IMG/VR virus record: IMGVR_UViG_3300027782_000030
Coordinates: 32,001 to 96,000 of that record
Origin: a virus
Taxonomy: Duplodnaviria > Caudoviricetes
DNA length: 64,000 bases
Reading direction: 5' to 3' (one strand)
Shown here one piece after another: positions 26,460-36,541 of this stretch. The position numbers were made by a program, and so were the translations under genes. The notes beneath the pieces are model-generated. The model did not search any database. It saw nothing but the letters and a program-made list of their open reading frames with translations, and was not told where the DNA came from. Position 1 is the first letter of the stretch. Every line of letters begins with the position of its first letter.

Positions 26460-28778
26460 TTATAATTTGCAAGCTTCACAGTCAGACTCATCATCAAAAT
26501 CGATAGGGACAAGAGGCGCTTCTTCGGTAACTGATTTACTTCCTGCTTTATTAATCAAACTATAATAAAAAGTTTTTAGGCCCCAAATATGAGCTTGCAT
26601 CAGATTTTTAGCTATAAGTGTTGTAGGAACTTTACGATCAGGGAAAAATGCCGGATTGTAGAAAGTGTTAGTACTAATGCTTTGGTCTATATAAGCAGCC
26701 AATACAGCGGCGGTTTTGATGTAACCATCACAGTCTCGCTGATCCCACATTAGTTGATATTTGTTTTTTAGTTTTTGATATTCAGGTACTACTTGAACGA
26801 AAGAACCAGCTTTGCTTTCTTTTACAGAGATTAAACTCATTGGCATCTCAATACCATTTGTAGAGTTAATAACTACTGAGGAAGATTCAACTGGTGCTAT
26901 AGCCATTAATGTAGCATTACGAACACCGTGTTTCATCATGTTTTCTCTGAGAGTTTCCCAATCAAGTTCAGGACTAAATTCTGCCAAATCGTTAACTGCT
27001 TCGGCTCGTAACTCCCACGGAAAGATACCTTGTCCATATCGTGTTCTAGCACTTTCTCTGCAAGGTCCACGTTCTTTGGCTAATTCTACAGTGGCTTCTG
27101 TTAGATAATATGCTTGATGCTCAACCCAAGTTTTAACATCTTGAAGTGCATCCTTTTCACCGTACTTGTAACCACGTTTGGCATGCCAGTAGGCCAAGTT
27201 AGTTACTCCAATGCCAAGTGGTTGAATTTCTTCATTACTTAGTTTAGATTGGATACTAAGGTAGTCCTGATAATCAAGGATATTGCACAGGCTGCGCTGG
27301 AGAATGCGACAAGCACGACGCATATCCTCAGGATTTCTGAACGCACCCCAGTTAATCGATCCCAAGGTACAAAGAGCGATACGGCCATCGCTGTCATCCA
27401 AACGCTTAAAAGGACGGGTAGGGAGTAGAATTTCACAGCAAAGATTACTTTGGTAAATTGTATGGTACTCGGGATCAAATGGACCCTGCTTCATAACATT
27501 GTCAATGAACACTAAGTAGATACGTCCTGTATCTGTGCGTTCTTTTAATATGCCACTCTTAAATACTTCTTCAGCACTGATAGTTTTTTTACGAAGACCA
27601 TCTTGGTGTTCGTATTTTACATAGAGTTTTTCAAAGAGTTCGGTGTTTTTGTAGAAGGCTTCGTAGAGGTCCGGTACTTGGTTTGGGTCGAAGAACGTAA
27701 TATTTTCTTTGTTCTTAAACCTACGCCAGAAGAATGCTGAGAGTACGACACCATAGTCCATATGTCTGACTCGGGTTTCTTCTGTTCCTTGATTATTTTT
27801 GAGCACAATAAGGTCATCAAATTGGTGATGCCAAATCGGATAGAACACAGTCGCAGAAGCATTTCTAATCCCTCCTTGTGAACAGGAACGTAAGTCCCCA
27901 AACCATTTCTTTAAGAACGGAATCATGCCAGTATGCATGATCTCGCCTCCCCTAATTGGACTACCCAATGGGCGTAGCCTACCAATCTCTAAACCTATGC
28001 CAGCACGTTTACTAGCATATTTAGCCATCATTTCTCCACTAGCAAATATGGAGTCAAGATCATCATCACTGCGTATGAGAACACAACTAGAAAACTGCTT
28101 TGTAGGAGTCCCAAGCCCAGCAAGAACAGGAGTAGCGAGAGTAAATAAACCGTCAGAGGCTGCATTGTAATATTCCTTAATATATTTTAATCTTGCTGAA
28201 AGTGGTTCTTCTTTATGAAATATTGTCGCGGCAGCGATCATATAACGAATTTGTGGCGTTTCATAAATTTCTTTTGAACTACGATTTCGTACCAAATACT
28301 TTTCAATTAACTGTTCAATAGCCGCATAACTATATTGTTCATCCCTTCCATGATCAATAAAGGCTTCCATTTTATTCCAATCATCTTCGCTATACCATTC
28401 TAATAATTCGGGGGTATATAAACCCACTTTTATATTTCGTACAACAACATCATAGAGTTTAGGAACAGTGTAGCTTCCATAAACATCTTTGCGTAGCATA
28501 CTTAGTCGCTGTTTACCTGCAACATACTGATAATTAGTATGACCTACATCAGGATTGGTCTCAACGTCAATCAAGTCAACAATAGCCCTTAATGTAATTT
28601 CATCAATTTCTTTAGTCGTTATGCCATCATAAAAATGTGGTTGCGCTTTGATTTCTATCATACTTTGGCTTACATCGGCAATTCCTGTACATATATTTGC
28701 TATCTGTGCCTGCCATTTTTCTATTGTAAGGGGCTCTTTTAAGCCTGAACGCTTAACGACATTTATTCTCATGTTCAA
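26460..28778 (-). CDS. nrdA: Ribonucleotide reductase class Ia alpha subunit with ATP cone
   Basis: VVKRSG ATP cone, FSSCV, SNLCCEI, IAPVESSS, KTFYY, C-terminal CEAC. Confidence 0.96.
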   Translation of the reverse strand: MNMRINVVKRSGLKEPLTIEKWQAQIANICTGIADVSQSMIEIKAQPHFYDGITTKEIDEITLRAIVDLIDVETNPDVGHTNYQYVAGKQRLSMLRKDVYGSYTVPKLYDVVVRNIKVGLYTPELLEWYSEDDWNKMEAFIDHGRDEQYSYAAIEQLIEKYLVRNRSSKEIYETPQIRYMIAAATIFHKEEPLSARLKYIKEYYNAASDGLFTLATPVLAGLGTPTKQFSSCVLIRSDDDLDSIFASGEMMAKYASKRAGIGLEIGRLRPLGSPIRGGEIMHTGMIPFLKKWFGDLRSCSQGGIRNASATVFYPIWHHQFDDLIVLKNNQGTEETRVRHMDYGVVLSAFFWRRFKNKENITFFDPNQVPDLYEAFYKNTELFEKLYVKYEHQDGLRKKTISAEEVFKSGILKERTDTGRIYLVFIDNVMKQGPFDPEYHTIYQSNLCCEILLPTRPFKRLDDSDGRIALCTLGSINWGAFRNPEDMRRACRILQRSLCNILDYQDYLSIQSKLSNEEIQPLGIGVTNLAYWHAKRGYKYGEKDALQDVKTWVEHQAYYLTEATVELAKERGPCRESARTRYGQGIFPWELRAEAVNDLAEFSPELDWETLRENMMKHGVRNATLMAIAPVESSSVVINSTNGIEMPMSLISVKESKAGSFVQVVPEYQKLKNKYQLMWDQRDCDGYIKTAAVLAAYIDQSISTNTFYNPAFFPDRKVPTTLIAKNLMQAHIWGLKTFYYSLINKAGSKSVTEEAPLVPIDFDDESDCEACKL

Positions 28779-29215
28779 CCTATTTTTTTAATTATTTTAG
28801 AAATATCTATTAATTTAGAAATTTTAAAATCTTGTAGACAACTATTTACTACCATATTGGGCCAGTAATTAAGTATATATTTTGCATCATCTACCAAAAC
28901 CAACACAACATCTTCATTATTGTAGTCTTTAGCGTGGGCAAAGTCAACACGATCCACACCCAATAGTAATAGAGTGTACACCATACCCAAACCACGAGCA
29001 ATAGTACAGTAGTTATTTTCTGCTAATAATTCCCATGGATTGGGCCAATCATTAATAAAATCAGTATGAAGGTAGTGATTCACTAGTGGTGCATGTTGCC
29101 ACCACCGATCAATTTCTACACAGGTAGTTTTTAACTCTGTATCTTCTAACGACTGTCGTAGACGATACCAACTCTTTAATCTAGTATCATATGCTGATTG
29201 AAATACATTGGACAT
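28775..29215 (-). CDS. Hypothetical phage protein
   Basis: 146-aa ORF in operon with nrdA. Confidence 0.65.
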   Translation of the reverse strand: MSNVFQSAYDTRLKSWYRLRQSLEDTELKTTCVEIDRWWQHAPLVNHYLHTDFINDWPNPWELLAENNYCTIARGLGMVYTLLLLGVDRVDFAHAKDYNNEDVVLVLVDDAKYILNYWPNMVVNSCLQDFKISKLIDISKIIKKIG

Positions 29216-29668
29216 TTATTTGAGTTCAACGCCAAATGACTCAAGTGCTTCTAATACTACATCATGAGTAACAAATGCTTCAGCGTTGAATTCACATTGT
29301 TCCCATAACCAAAATTGTTTTTCTCTTAGGTATTTTCTATCTTTAAGTAAATTAACATTTTCAGGGTGACCAAATATTACAGGATCGCTTTGGCCCCAAA
29401 GTACTATACCTGGTTTACCCTGATCCCAACAATAATGTTGGAAAAAACTATCAATACCCATCCAAGTCTTACATTCTTTAATCAATTCAGCGAGGTCTTC
29501 TAACGATAAATTTTGTCTAAAATCAGCCACTAGCGGTACTTCACCTTCTACCCCAACTTGAACGATATGCTCTTTGACTTGAGCAATTACTTCTTCCCAA
29601 TATGGATAATTTTTAGGATGTTGTTTTCCATTACGCATTGTCTTTGCGTAGGGTGATAAAATAATCAT
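29216..29668 (-). CDS. GT9 (heptosyltransferase-like) C-terminal domain
   Basis: KNYPYW, GIDSFFQH, IVLWG motifs. Confidence 0.65.
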   Translation of the reverse strand: MIILSPYAKTMRNGKQHPKNYPYWEEVIAQVKEHIVQVGVEGEVPLVADFRQNLSLEDLAELIKECKTWMGIDSFFQHYCWDQGKPGIVLWGQSDPVIFGHPENVNLLKDRKYLREKQFWLWEQCEFNAEAFVTHDVVLEALESFGVELK

Positions 29669-30156
29669 TTAAATGCTTCCACAGTTAAAAATAAATGAGC
29701 AGGATAATGCTCTAGGTACTTGCTAGCAGCAGGTAATCTATTTACAGTATTAAACCCTGTCCACATTAGATGAGTACGGAGTTGGTCTTCGGTAAATAAA
29801 AACAAATGTTCCTGACCCTTTATCCATGGCATTGAGAAAAAATGTCCATATAAATGTACTCTATAGTCAGGTGATCCGTTAACGAAATCTCTACAACTTG
29901 CTAAGAAATCAGGTGTTTCTAAATATAATCTACCGTTTGGTTTTAAAACCCTATGCCATTCTTTAAGTACATCTTTACCCTTATGCCAATCAAAATGTTC
30001 AATTATATGAAACGCTTTTATTTCATCTACTGAATTATCTTCATATGGAATTGTACTTACATCAAATCTAGCATCAACTTTTCCATCATGGTATAAGTCT
30101 ACATTGGTATACCCATCTAGGTAATCATCTCCGCAGGCTAAATTTAATTTAATCAT
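29665..30156 (-). CDS. SAM-dependent methyltransferase (type 11)
   Basis: LNLACG, NVD, HIIEH, RVLKPNG..ETPD. Confidence 0.85.
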   Translation of the reverse strand: MIKLNLACGDDYLDGYTNVDLYHDGKVDARFDVSTIPYEDNSVDEIKAFHIIEHFDWHKGKDVLKEWHRVLKPNGRLYLETPDFLASCRDFVNGSPDYRVHLYGHFFSMPWIKGQEHLFLFTEDQLRTHLMWTGFNTVNRLPAASKYLEHYPAHLFLTVEAFK

Positions 30157-31136
30157 GATTTATCCACATATAGTTTTCTAAATCCATCTTCTAAACTGCC
30201 CGTCCAATTCCATTGATCCATCTTCTGATATACATTGAAATGTTCAATTGCGCCAAATAACTGTTTAGCTTCGGCAATACTTCTACCAGGAACAATGTCA
30301 GGATAGCAAGTAAAAATGATAGGATTTTTAATATCAGGTAATACTTTCTTAAACACTATATGATCACCCATACCACAGTCTAATACAACTATAGTACTAT
30401 CTCCAAGATTCATTATGTTTTTAAATATCTGCTCATCATGCATGAACATTTCATAGTGACCATCTCTGATACCACCATCTTTGTTTTTTAAATGCCAAGT
30501 AACTGCATTTGGTACTATAAGATTTTTATAGCCCCGCTGTTTTAGTGCATAGGTAAATAGTGTTTCTTCTCTATGTGCTATTCTACTTAAGCCCAAATGA
30601 TAATCTGCTATTCCTGCTCTATATAAAAATGAACAATGTAAATGGTCTACTTCTTGTTTTTCTTTAATATAATACCACTGTAAATTGCCTTCATTATAAA
30701 TGTCTTCAATTTTACCAGTAGCCTGTATTTCTCCACCTAATGGAGGTGTTAATACACTACCACCTACTCCACCAACATCGTCGGCTATATGAGAGTATAA
30801 TACTTCTAAAGTATTGGCTTCGGCAACTGTATCGTCATCCATGCGCCAAACCCATTTATATCCCATTCTATTTGCTTTGTCATGATTAAAATGTTGACCT
30901 TTCTTTTCAGCAAATAACCATTCCCATTGAATGCCTTTTTGATCTAGCATTTGAAAAATGTATAGATAATGCTGATGTTCTCTTACATCAATAGGTTCTA
31001 CATTATCATCAAATACAATGAGTTTATCGGGCTTCATTGTTTGATTAACTACACTCATCATTGCTAATGGCAATGTAGTATCGTATCTACCTCTAGTAGA
31101 TATAGAACATAATATATTTTTACTCATCTTTTCCAA
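30153..31136 (-). CDS. GT2-like glycosyltransferase with GT9-like N-domain appended
   Basis: RMDDD DxD motif, HREET; C-terminal VVLDCGMGDHIV. Confidence 0.7.
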   Translation of the reverse strand: MEKMSKNILCSISTRGRYDTTLPLAMMSVVNQTMKPDKLIVFDDNVEPIDVREHQHYLYIFQMLDQKGIQWEWLFAEKKGQHFNHDKANRMGYKWVWRMDDDTVAEANTLEVLYSHIADDVGGVGGSVLTPPLGGEIQATGKIEDIYNEGNLQWYYIKEKQEVDHLHCSFLYRAGIADYHLGLSRIAHREETLFTYALKQRGYKNLIVPNAVTWHLKNKDGGIRDGHYEMFMHDEQIFKNIMNLGDSTIVVLDCGMGDHIVFKKVLPDIKNPIIFTCYPDIVPGRSIAEAKQLFGAIEHFNVYQKMDQWNWTGSLEDGFRKLYVDKS

Positions 31137-33109
31137 CGTTGGTTACAATAAGGAAGTTCTTTCCAATTAAATTTATTACCCAAATGATCTACTTCATACC
31201 AATATATTTGATCCGATCTTACATTAGTAAATCCAAATTCTTTTAATTTGTTTTCTATTATTTCTTTACCTTTAAATGTAGGATGTAAATCAGTATGAAT
31301 TTCTAATACTATTTCGTTAATCCTATCCATTTCTTCTTGGGTAGCATTTAATAATACATCGTACTCAGCACCCTCACAATCAAGCTTTAATAATATGTTA
31401 TTACCTTCTATCATTTTTAAAATAGTAGTTAATGATAGGCTACGGACCATTTCACTATTTTCAGCAACATTATACATACTATTAGCACCAGCATTATCAT
31501 TATCGTTGCTAATCTGAAAATACTTTCCATGCTCTGCGGATACTACGTTTTTCAATGCTATAATAGAAGATAATCCTGATCGTTTTACATTAGATTGAAA
31601 AATATTAAAAGTTTTAGTGACAGGTTCTATTCCTATTACTTTTTTAGCTCCAAGTGATGCTGCTAATAATGAAAACGCTCCAATATTTGCACCTACATCA
31701 ATCACTGATCTACCTATCAATTCTTCTTTAGTAAGATTATATTGATTTGACTCAATGACTTCACGATGCATATTGGCATCTTGCTCTTTCAACCAACTTA
31801 AATCTATTTGTTCATCTTTATCCCAAATACATAGCATCAGATTTATATTATCAGGATCACCTCTTACTAAAGGTGCGTCTAATAATGCACCATCAGGCGC
31901 TATATATTTGAATTTAAAACTAGGAAAATACGATTCATCTAACATATGTAGTTTATGATGCGGACCCCATTTGCCCGGTGGCTCAAGCATAGGAACAGTT
32001 ATCATTAACCTGTTACAATGTTTTTTTAGTTTTTCAACAATTTCTAATCCGTTTTCTAAATGTTCAATTACTTCAAAAGCAACTATAGTATCATACTGAT
32101 CTAATTCAAAATTATTAATGTCAGAATGAATAAACTGTGAGTTATATCCCCAATCTTGTTCTTTAGCTGCTTTGATTATATATTTGTCGTAATCTAAGCC
32201 AGTGTATTCAATAGTTTTGGGAAAGAACTGAATTCCATATCCACTAGTACATCCTAATTCAAAAACCTTAGTTCCTAATAGATTATCTGCTGCCCATCGA
32301 TACCTAGTTACTTCACGGTCATAAACAGGGTCGCCCTTGAAAAATACAGCCCGCTCCCAATAATTTGAAAGACGCCATTTATACCAATCAGGGTTATATT
32401 TTCTTGCTAAAGTCAACGAATTTTCTAAAAATACATCATTATAATCATTTACTAGTTTAGAATCATGCATTGTACCTTCACCTTTATGATATATTGGAAA
32501 TTCTCCTATATGTAGATTAGTAACAGTATCCCAAGATTTATTAAGAACTTCACAGACTTCAAATCCTGCATTTTCTGCTTCAATACAAAATTCTGTATCT
32601 TCTCCGCCACCTACACCATAATCCATGCTTAGTAGACCAATACTGTCAAATACTTTTTTATGTATCATTACACAAAAGAATACAGCAAAATCTCTACCTG
32701 CCGGTTCACTATGACCTTTAATAATACAACTAATGCCGCATTTTGGATTACTAATAAAAGGACTTTCTAGTAATTTTAGCCAACCATTTACTTCATGAGG
32801 CAATAATATTGCATCATTGTTTAACAGTATTATTAAGTCCGTCGTTGCTAATTTAATAGCAGGATTACATGCGCCTGAATACCCTAATGGTTCATTTGCC
32901 CATGCAATTTTAAAATGTTTCTTTAACCCCAAGTATGTAAACTTCTCGGACAGCGCACCTAAATACTCTAGAGTATTATCAGTACAACCGTTAGCACTAA
33001 TAATTAACTCAATGTCTTCTATATTAGAATATGCCAGTACAGATTCAATACAAGGTTTTAATAAATCATCACAATGATTATAAGTGGGAATTACTATACT
33101 ATATTTCAT
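31124..33109 (-). CDS. GT2 glycosyltransferase + methyltransferase + FkbM methyltransferase fusion
   Basis: SIVIPTYN, LLNND, GGEDTEF; FELGCTSG, FEVIEH; DVGANIG, KLDCEGAE. Confidence 0.88.
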   Translation of the reverse strand: MKYSIVIPTYNHCDDLLKPCIESVLAYSNIEDIELIISANGCTDNTLEYLGALSEKFTYLGLKKHFKIAWANEPLGYSGACNPAIKLATTDLIILLNNDAILLPHEVNGWLKLLESPFISNPKCGISCIIKGHSEPAGRDFAVFFCVMIHKKVFDSIGLLSMDYGVGGGEDTEFCIEAENAGFEVCEVLNKSWDTVTNLHIGEFPIYHKGEGTMHDSKLVNDYNDVFLENSLTLARKYNPDWYKWRLSNYWERAVFFKGDPVYDREVTRYRWAADNLLGTKVFELGCTSGYGIQFFPKTIEYTGLDYDKYIIKAAKEQDWGYNSQFIHSDINNFELDQYDTIVAFEVIEHLENGLEIVEKLKKHCNRLMITVPMLEPPGKWGPHHKLHMLDESYFPSFKFKYIAPDGALLDAPLVRGDPDNINLMLCIWDKDEQIDLSWLKEQDANMHREVIESNQYNLTKEELIGRSVIDVGANIGAFSLLAASLGAKKVIGIEPVTKTFNIFQSNVKRSGLSSIIALKNVVSAEHGKYFQISNDNDNAGANSMYNVAENSEMVRSLSLTTILKMIEGNNILLKLDCEGAEYDVLLNATQEEMDRINEIVLEIHTDLHPTFKGKEIIENKLKEFGFTNVRSDQIYWYEVDHLGNKFNWKELPYCNQRWKR

Positions 33110-33861
33110 ATTGTACCTGTGTGTTTATTTGCTTCATACCACTCTAGATTATATTTTTTGGCTAATCTTAGTTCATTGTTTCTAAATGTTTGATTCCAAT
33201 TTTGTACTAGATTAGTATCATGTACTGTACCCTCACCACGATGATATATGGGGAAAGTACCTACATGCAACATAGCTTCATTAGACCATACCATTTGAAC
33301 AGGTTGAATAATTGAAAATCCTGCTAATTCTGCTTCCATACAAAATTCAATATCTTCTCCACTACCCGTACCATAATCTTCGTTTAGTAATCCAATCTTA
33401 TCAAATACTTTACGATGAATCATAACACAGAAAAATATTCCAAAATTTCTTTTTATTATTTCGCTATATTTTAGTAGCACTGCGGTAATTCCGCAATTAC
33501 TATCATCGAACCCATTATTAAGTAAAGTTAACCAATCCTGTTTATTTTGGGGTAATAATACAGCATCATTGTTTAGTAATACTATTCTGTCAGTTGTTGC
33601 CACTTTAATACCAGCATTTGTTGCTTTAGGGTAGCCTAAAGGATTGTTATCCCAAACTATCTTAAGATGATTTTCTAATCTTAAATAGTTAAATTTTTCT
33701 TTTAGATTACCCAAGTACTCTAGTGTATTATCAGTACATCCATTAGCGCTGATAATAAGTTCTATGTCTGTTATATTTGAGTATTCAAATATAGATTCTA
33801 TACAAGGTTTTAATAAATCATTGCAATGATTGTAGGTAGGGATTACTATACTGTATTTCAT
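33106..33861 (-). CDS. GT2 glycosyltransferase (paralog of the N-terminus of the next gene)
   Basis: MKYSIVIPTYNHCxDLLKPCIES shared; LLNND; GEDIEF. Confidence 0.88.
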   Translation of the reverse strand: MKYSIVIPTYNHCNDLLKPCIESIFEYSNITDIELIISANGCTDNTLEYLGNLKEKFNYLRLENHLKIVWDNNPLGYPKATNAGIKVATTDRIVLLNNDAVLLPQNKQDWLTLLNNGFDDSNCGITAVLLKYSEIIKRNFGIFFCVMIHRKVFDKIGLLNEDYGTGSGEDIEFCMEAELAGFSIIQPVQMVWSNEAMLHVGTFPIYHRGEGTVHDTNLVQNWNQTFRNNELRLAKKYNLEWYEANKHTGTI

Positions 33862-33921
33862 TTACTTTCCTCTGTTCTACTTATGACAGTAGATTTTGGT
33901 CAGTAAATTTATATTAGCCAC

Positions 33922-33945
33922 AAAAAAGCGCACCGAAGTGCGCTT
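33922..33945 (-). terminator. UUCG-loop terminator
   Basis: Minus strand AAGCGCAC-TTCG-GTGCGCTT-TTTT. Confidence 0.88.
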
Positions 33946-34036
33946 CCCTGTAACTTCCCATCCCGTTGAGATATTGTATTTATGCTGTATATGAGTTATA
34001 TGCTTTAGCCAACGTTCTTTAATACGCATCTATTAT

Positions 34037-34453
34037 TTAATTTCGGTGGAAAAAATCAAGTAAGGCTTGATCACTATTAAAACTCGTAATAATTACTTCA
34101 CTTGCAGTATCCTCGTTCCAATCAAATCCGTATTCATCTGCTTTTTCTTTGTAGTCAAGGTCAGTCGGGTCTAACATGCCCCATGACTCTATTTCATCTA
34201 AATGTTTTGGTTTAGCATCTGCATCCCAATAATTTCCGTTGTACAGCACAGCAACGTGTCCAATTGGGTCCTGTCCGTATTCTAGAAATGCTCGGTTGAA
34301 TGCCCCTACTATTTTTCCCCTGTTTTGAAATATATTTTTGTTTATAAAAATAGCAGCTTCGGGGCAGTCTCCGCCAAACCCTTGTAGATTAGCTTGCCGA
34401 ATTTTGTTTGCTATAGTATTTAGATTTTCGACAACAATTTCAGTTATTTTCAT
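34037..34453 (-). CDS. Hypothetical protein with possible papain-like Cys-His-Asp triad
   Basis: GGDC...GHVAVLYNGNYWDA; TAAATA four nt before the ATG. Confidence 0.55.
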   Translation of the reverse strand: MKITEIVVENLNTIANKIRQANLQGFGGDCPEAAIFINKNIFQNRGKIVGAFNRAFLEYGQDPIGHVAVLYNGNYWDADAKPKHLDEIESWGMLDPTDLDYKEKADEYGFDWNEDTASEVIITSFNSDQALLDFFHRN

Positions 34454-34460
34454 TTAGTAT

Positions 34461-35204
34461 TTATGCTGATTTACGTTTTTTACCCCCTAATTGCCATCCT
34501 TGATTTAACCAAGTCTGAAGTTCAGGTTGTTTTACTTTCTTTTCTACACCGTCTTTGTTTATAGATATATTACCTAATACTGCATTTGCTACATTGGTTG
34601 CATGAGACATTGTTTTCTTTATACCTTTGCCACCTAGACTAATAGCAAGTTTATGTTCTGCTGATTGAGGACCTTTAGATTTACCTTTAGCTGCCAAACT
34701 TTTATTAATGCGTGTTTGTAGTGAATCTTTTTTTCCAATCCTAGCGTTTCGCCATTTCTCTTTTGTTTCTTCTGTTTTAGGAGGTCGATTTAATGCTGCT
34801 TTTCTATTTTTCTCTCGGTGTTCTTCCGATTGAGAGATACCTTTATTCCAAGCAGGACGACCTTTCATTCTTTTACTGTGGTTCTCTGCGTGTTCTATTC
34901 TATACTTCTCATATACTCTTGCCGTGATTTTTGTATGATATCGTTGTTGATATCTATTTTCTGCTTTCATTCCGTTGAGTGCATACAACATCTTACTTCT
35001 ATCTTCACCTTCTGTCATTTTAATCAGTAACCAATGACAAATAAAATGTTCTCTCGCTGTTAGGTATACTAGATTTTCTTTATCATTGCTACCGCCCAGT
35101 GATTGAGGAATGATATGATGTAGTTCTGTGTAGCCCTCAGTAATGCGTTGCTTTGCTTTATCTGTTATCTTGGTATAGAGTTTGGAATATTTGTTTGTAA
35201 GCAT
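34461..35204 (-). mobile_element. Free-standing HNH homing endonuclease with NUMOD3-like tail
   Basis: ELHHIIP.SLGGSN...NLV.LT.REHFICH; basic repeats SEEHREK, SAEHKLAIS. Confidence 0.88.
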
Positions 35205-35247
35205 AATAGTATTTAGTCCAACATTTAACTTTCCACTATTTTAGTAT

Positions 35248-35302
35248 AAAAAAAGAGCACCGAAGTGCTCTTTTGAGTGTAGATTATCCCGAAAGACAAT
35301 CT
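35248..35302 (-). terminator. Tandem UUCG hairpins and U-tract after gp23
   Basis: Minus strand AGATTGTCT-TTCG-GGATAATCT then AAAAGAGCAC-TTCG-GTGCTCTTTTTTT. Confidence 0.88.
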
Positions 35303-35315
35303 GCATTGTCCAATT

Positions 35316-36512
35316 TCACTGAAAAGTGAGATTTGAGACAGCAATTTCCCCAACATAGTCAGCCGCATTACCGAAAGAACTTGCGGTATTGGTTAATTCT
35401 ATGTATCCGTAACGAGTCATAAATGACACGACTGGTTCGAATGTTGACGGATCAAGGACAACACCAGAACTCATCAAAGGAATATATGGGCAATAGAACG
35501 CGGCTGCGTCTGTCTCGCTTGAACCTTTGTAACCAACTAGAACAGGAATGTTGTCAGCAGCATAACTGTCAACGAACACACGCATTGCACCGTTCAATGT
35601 ACCAACGAACTTGGTGTTTGTTGGGGCTTCGAATGTGCCTTCTGTTGTGCGAGCAAAAGCAGAAGTTGTAGCAGACTGAAGAACTGTCAAGCTAGCAGAA
35701 CTAACAACGGCCCAGTTACCGGCACCACGACGGGTACGCTGTGCAATCAAGTTAGCAACACGATTGATAAGAACAGCAAGAGCAGCGTGTTCGTCACCAA
35801 CGTATGTGGCTGTACCAGATACTGTAGCTTGGTTGTATGTATACTCTGTAGAAGCAAGAGTGCGGAGTGACAAGAGGATCTCTTGGTCGATCTCAGCAGT
35901 GATCTCTTGTGCTAGAGCAGCCATGATTTCTGCTTCAACGTCAATACCATGTTGTGATTGAGCGTCTTGTGCAGCTTCGAATGTCCAACGTGCTTGTAAC
36001 TTGCGTGACTTAGCTTCAACAGCCTGTCTTAAGATTTGCACGGAGATTTGCTTACCGCCATTACCTTCTAGAGTTGCTGTATCAGCACCTGTGTAGTAGT
36101 TAGTAGAAGTAGCATCACCTTTAACTCTTGAGTAAGCCTGTGCAATTAAGAATGGGCTTAATGCTTCCTGACCAGCTGTTACGCTTGTCTGAGCAGCAGA
36201 GTTGTCAGTTAATGACTGAGCATAACGGACACGTAGTGTATGAATCTGTCCAACTGGACCAGTCATTGGCTGAACACCAACCAACTCATTAGCGATAACA
36301 GTTGGCATAACACGACGAATAACTGGAAGAATCACACGGTTTAGAGTAGCGATATTACCAGCTGTAGTTGTACCTGCTGTAGATTCAGCAAGTAGTTGCT
36401 TTTTGGTGTTTTCTAAGATAACACCCATTGTTGAGCGGCGAGTGCCTTTTAAGCCTTCTAACAGAGCTTCCTTGGTCTCATCCCAACGGCTTTCTAATAG
36501 AACTTTTGACAT
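35316..36512 (-). CDS. gp23: Major capsid protein
   Basis: GVQPMTGPVGQI, VEAKSRKLQARWT.E.AQD, EIDQEI, FYCPYIPL, FMTRYG. Confidence 0.97.
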   Translation of the reverse strand: MSKVLLESRWDETKEALLEGLKGTRRSTMGVILENTKKQLLAESTAGTTTAGNIATLNRVILPVIRRVMPTVIANELVGVQPMTGPVGQIHTLRVRYAQSLTDNSAAQTSVTAGQEALSPFLIAQAYSRVKGDATSTNYYTGADTATLEGNGGKQISVQILRQAVEAKSRKLQARWTFEAAQDAQSQHGIDVEAEIMAALAQEITAEIDQEILLSLRTLASTEYTYNQATVSGTATYVGDEHAALAVLINRVANLIAQRTRRGAGNWAVVSSASLTVLQSATTSAFARTTEGTFEAPTNTKFVGTLNGAMRVFVDSYAADNIPVLVGYKGSSETDAAAFYCPYIPLMSSGVVLDPSTFEPVVSFMTRYGYIELTNTASSFGNAADYVGEIAVSNLTFQ

Positions 36513-36541
36513 TTGTATTTTCTCCTAATCTATGTCTTAAA

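Noticed and set aside
33883-33889. Perfect CTGTCAT Pho half-site upstream of the GT cluster
   Set aside because: No partner half-site at 11-bp spacing, and it overlaps a TAAGTA late motif without the 7-nt geometry
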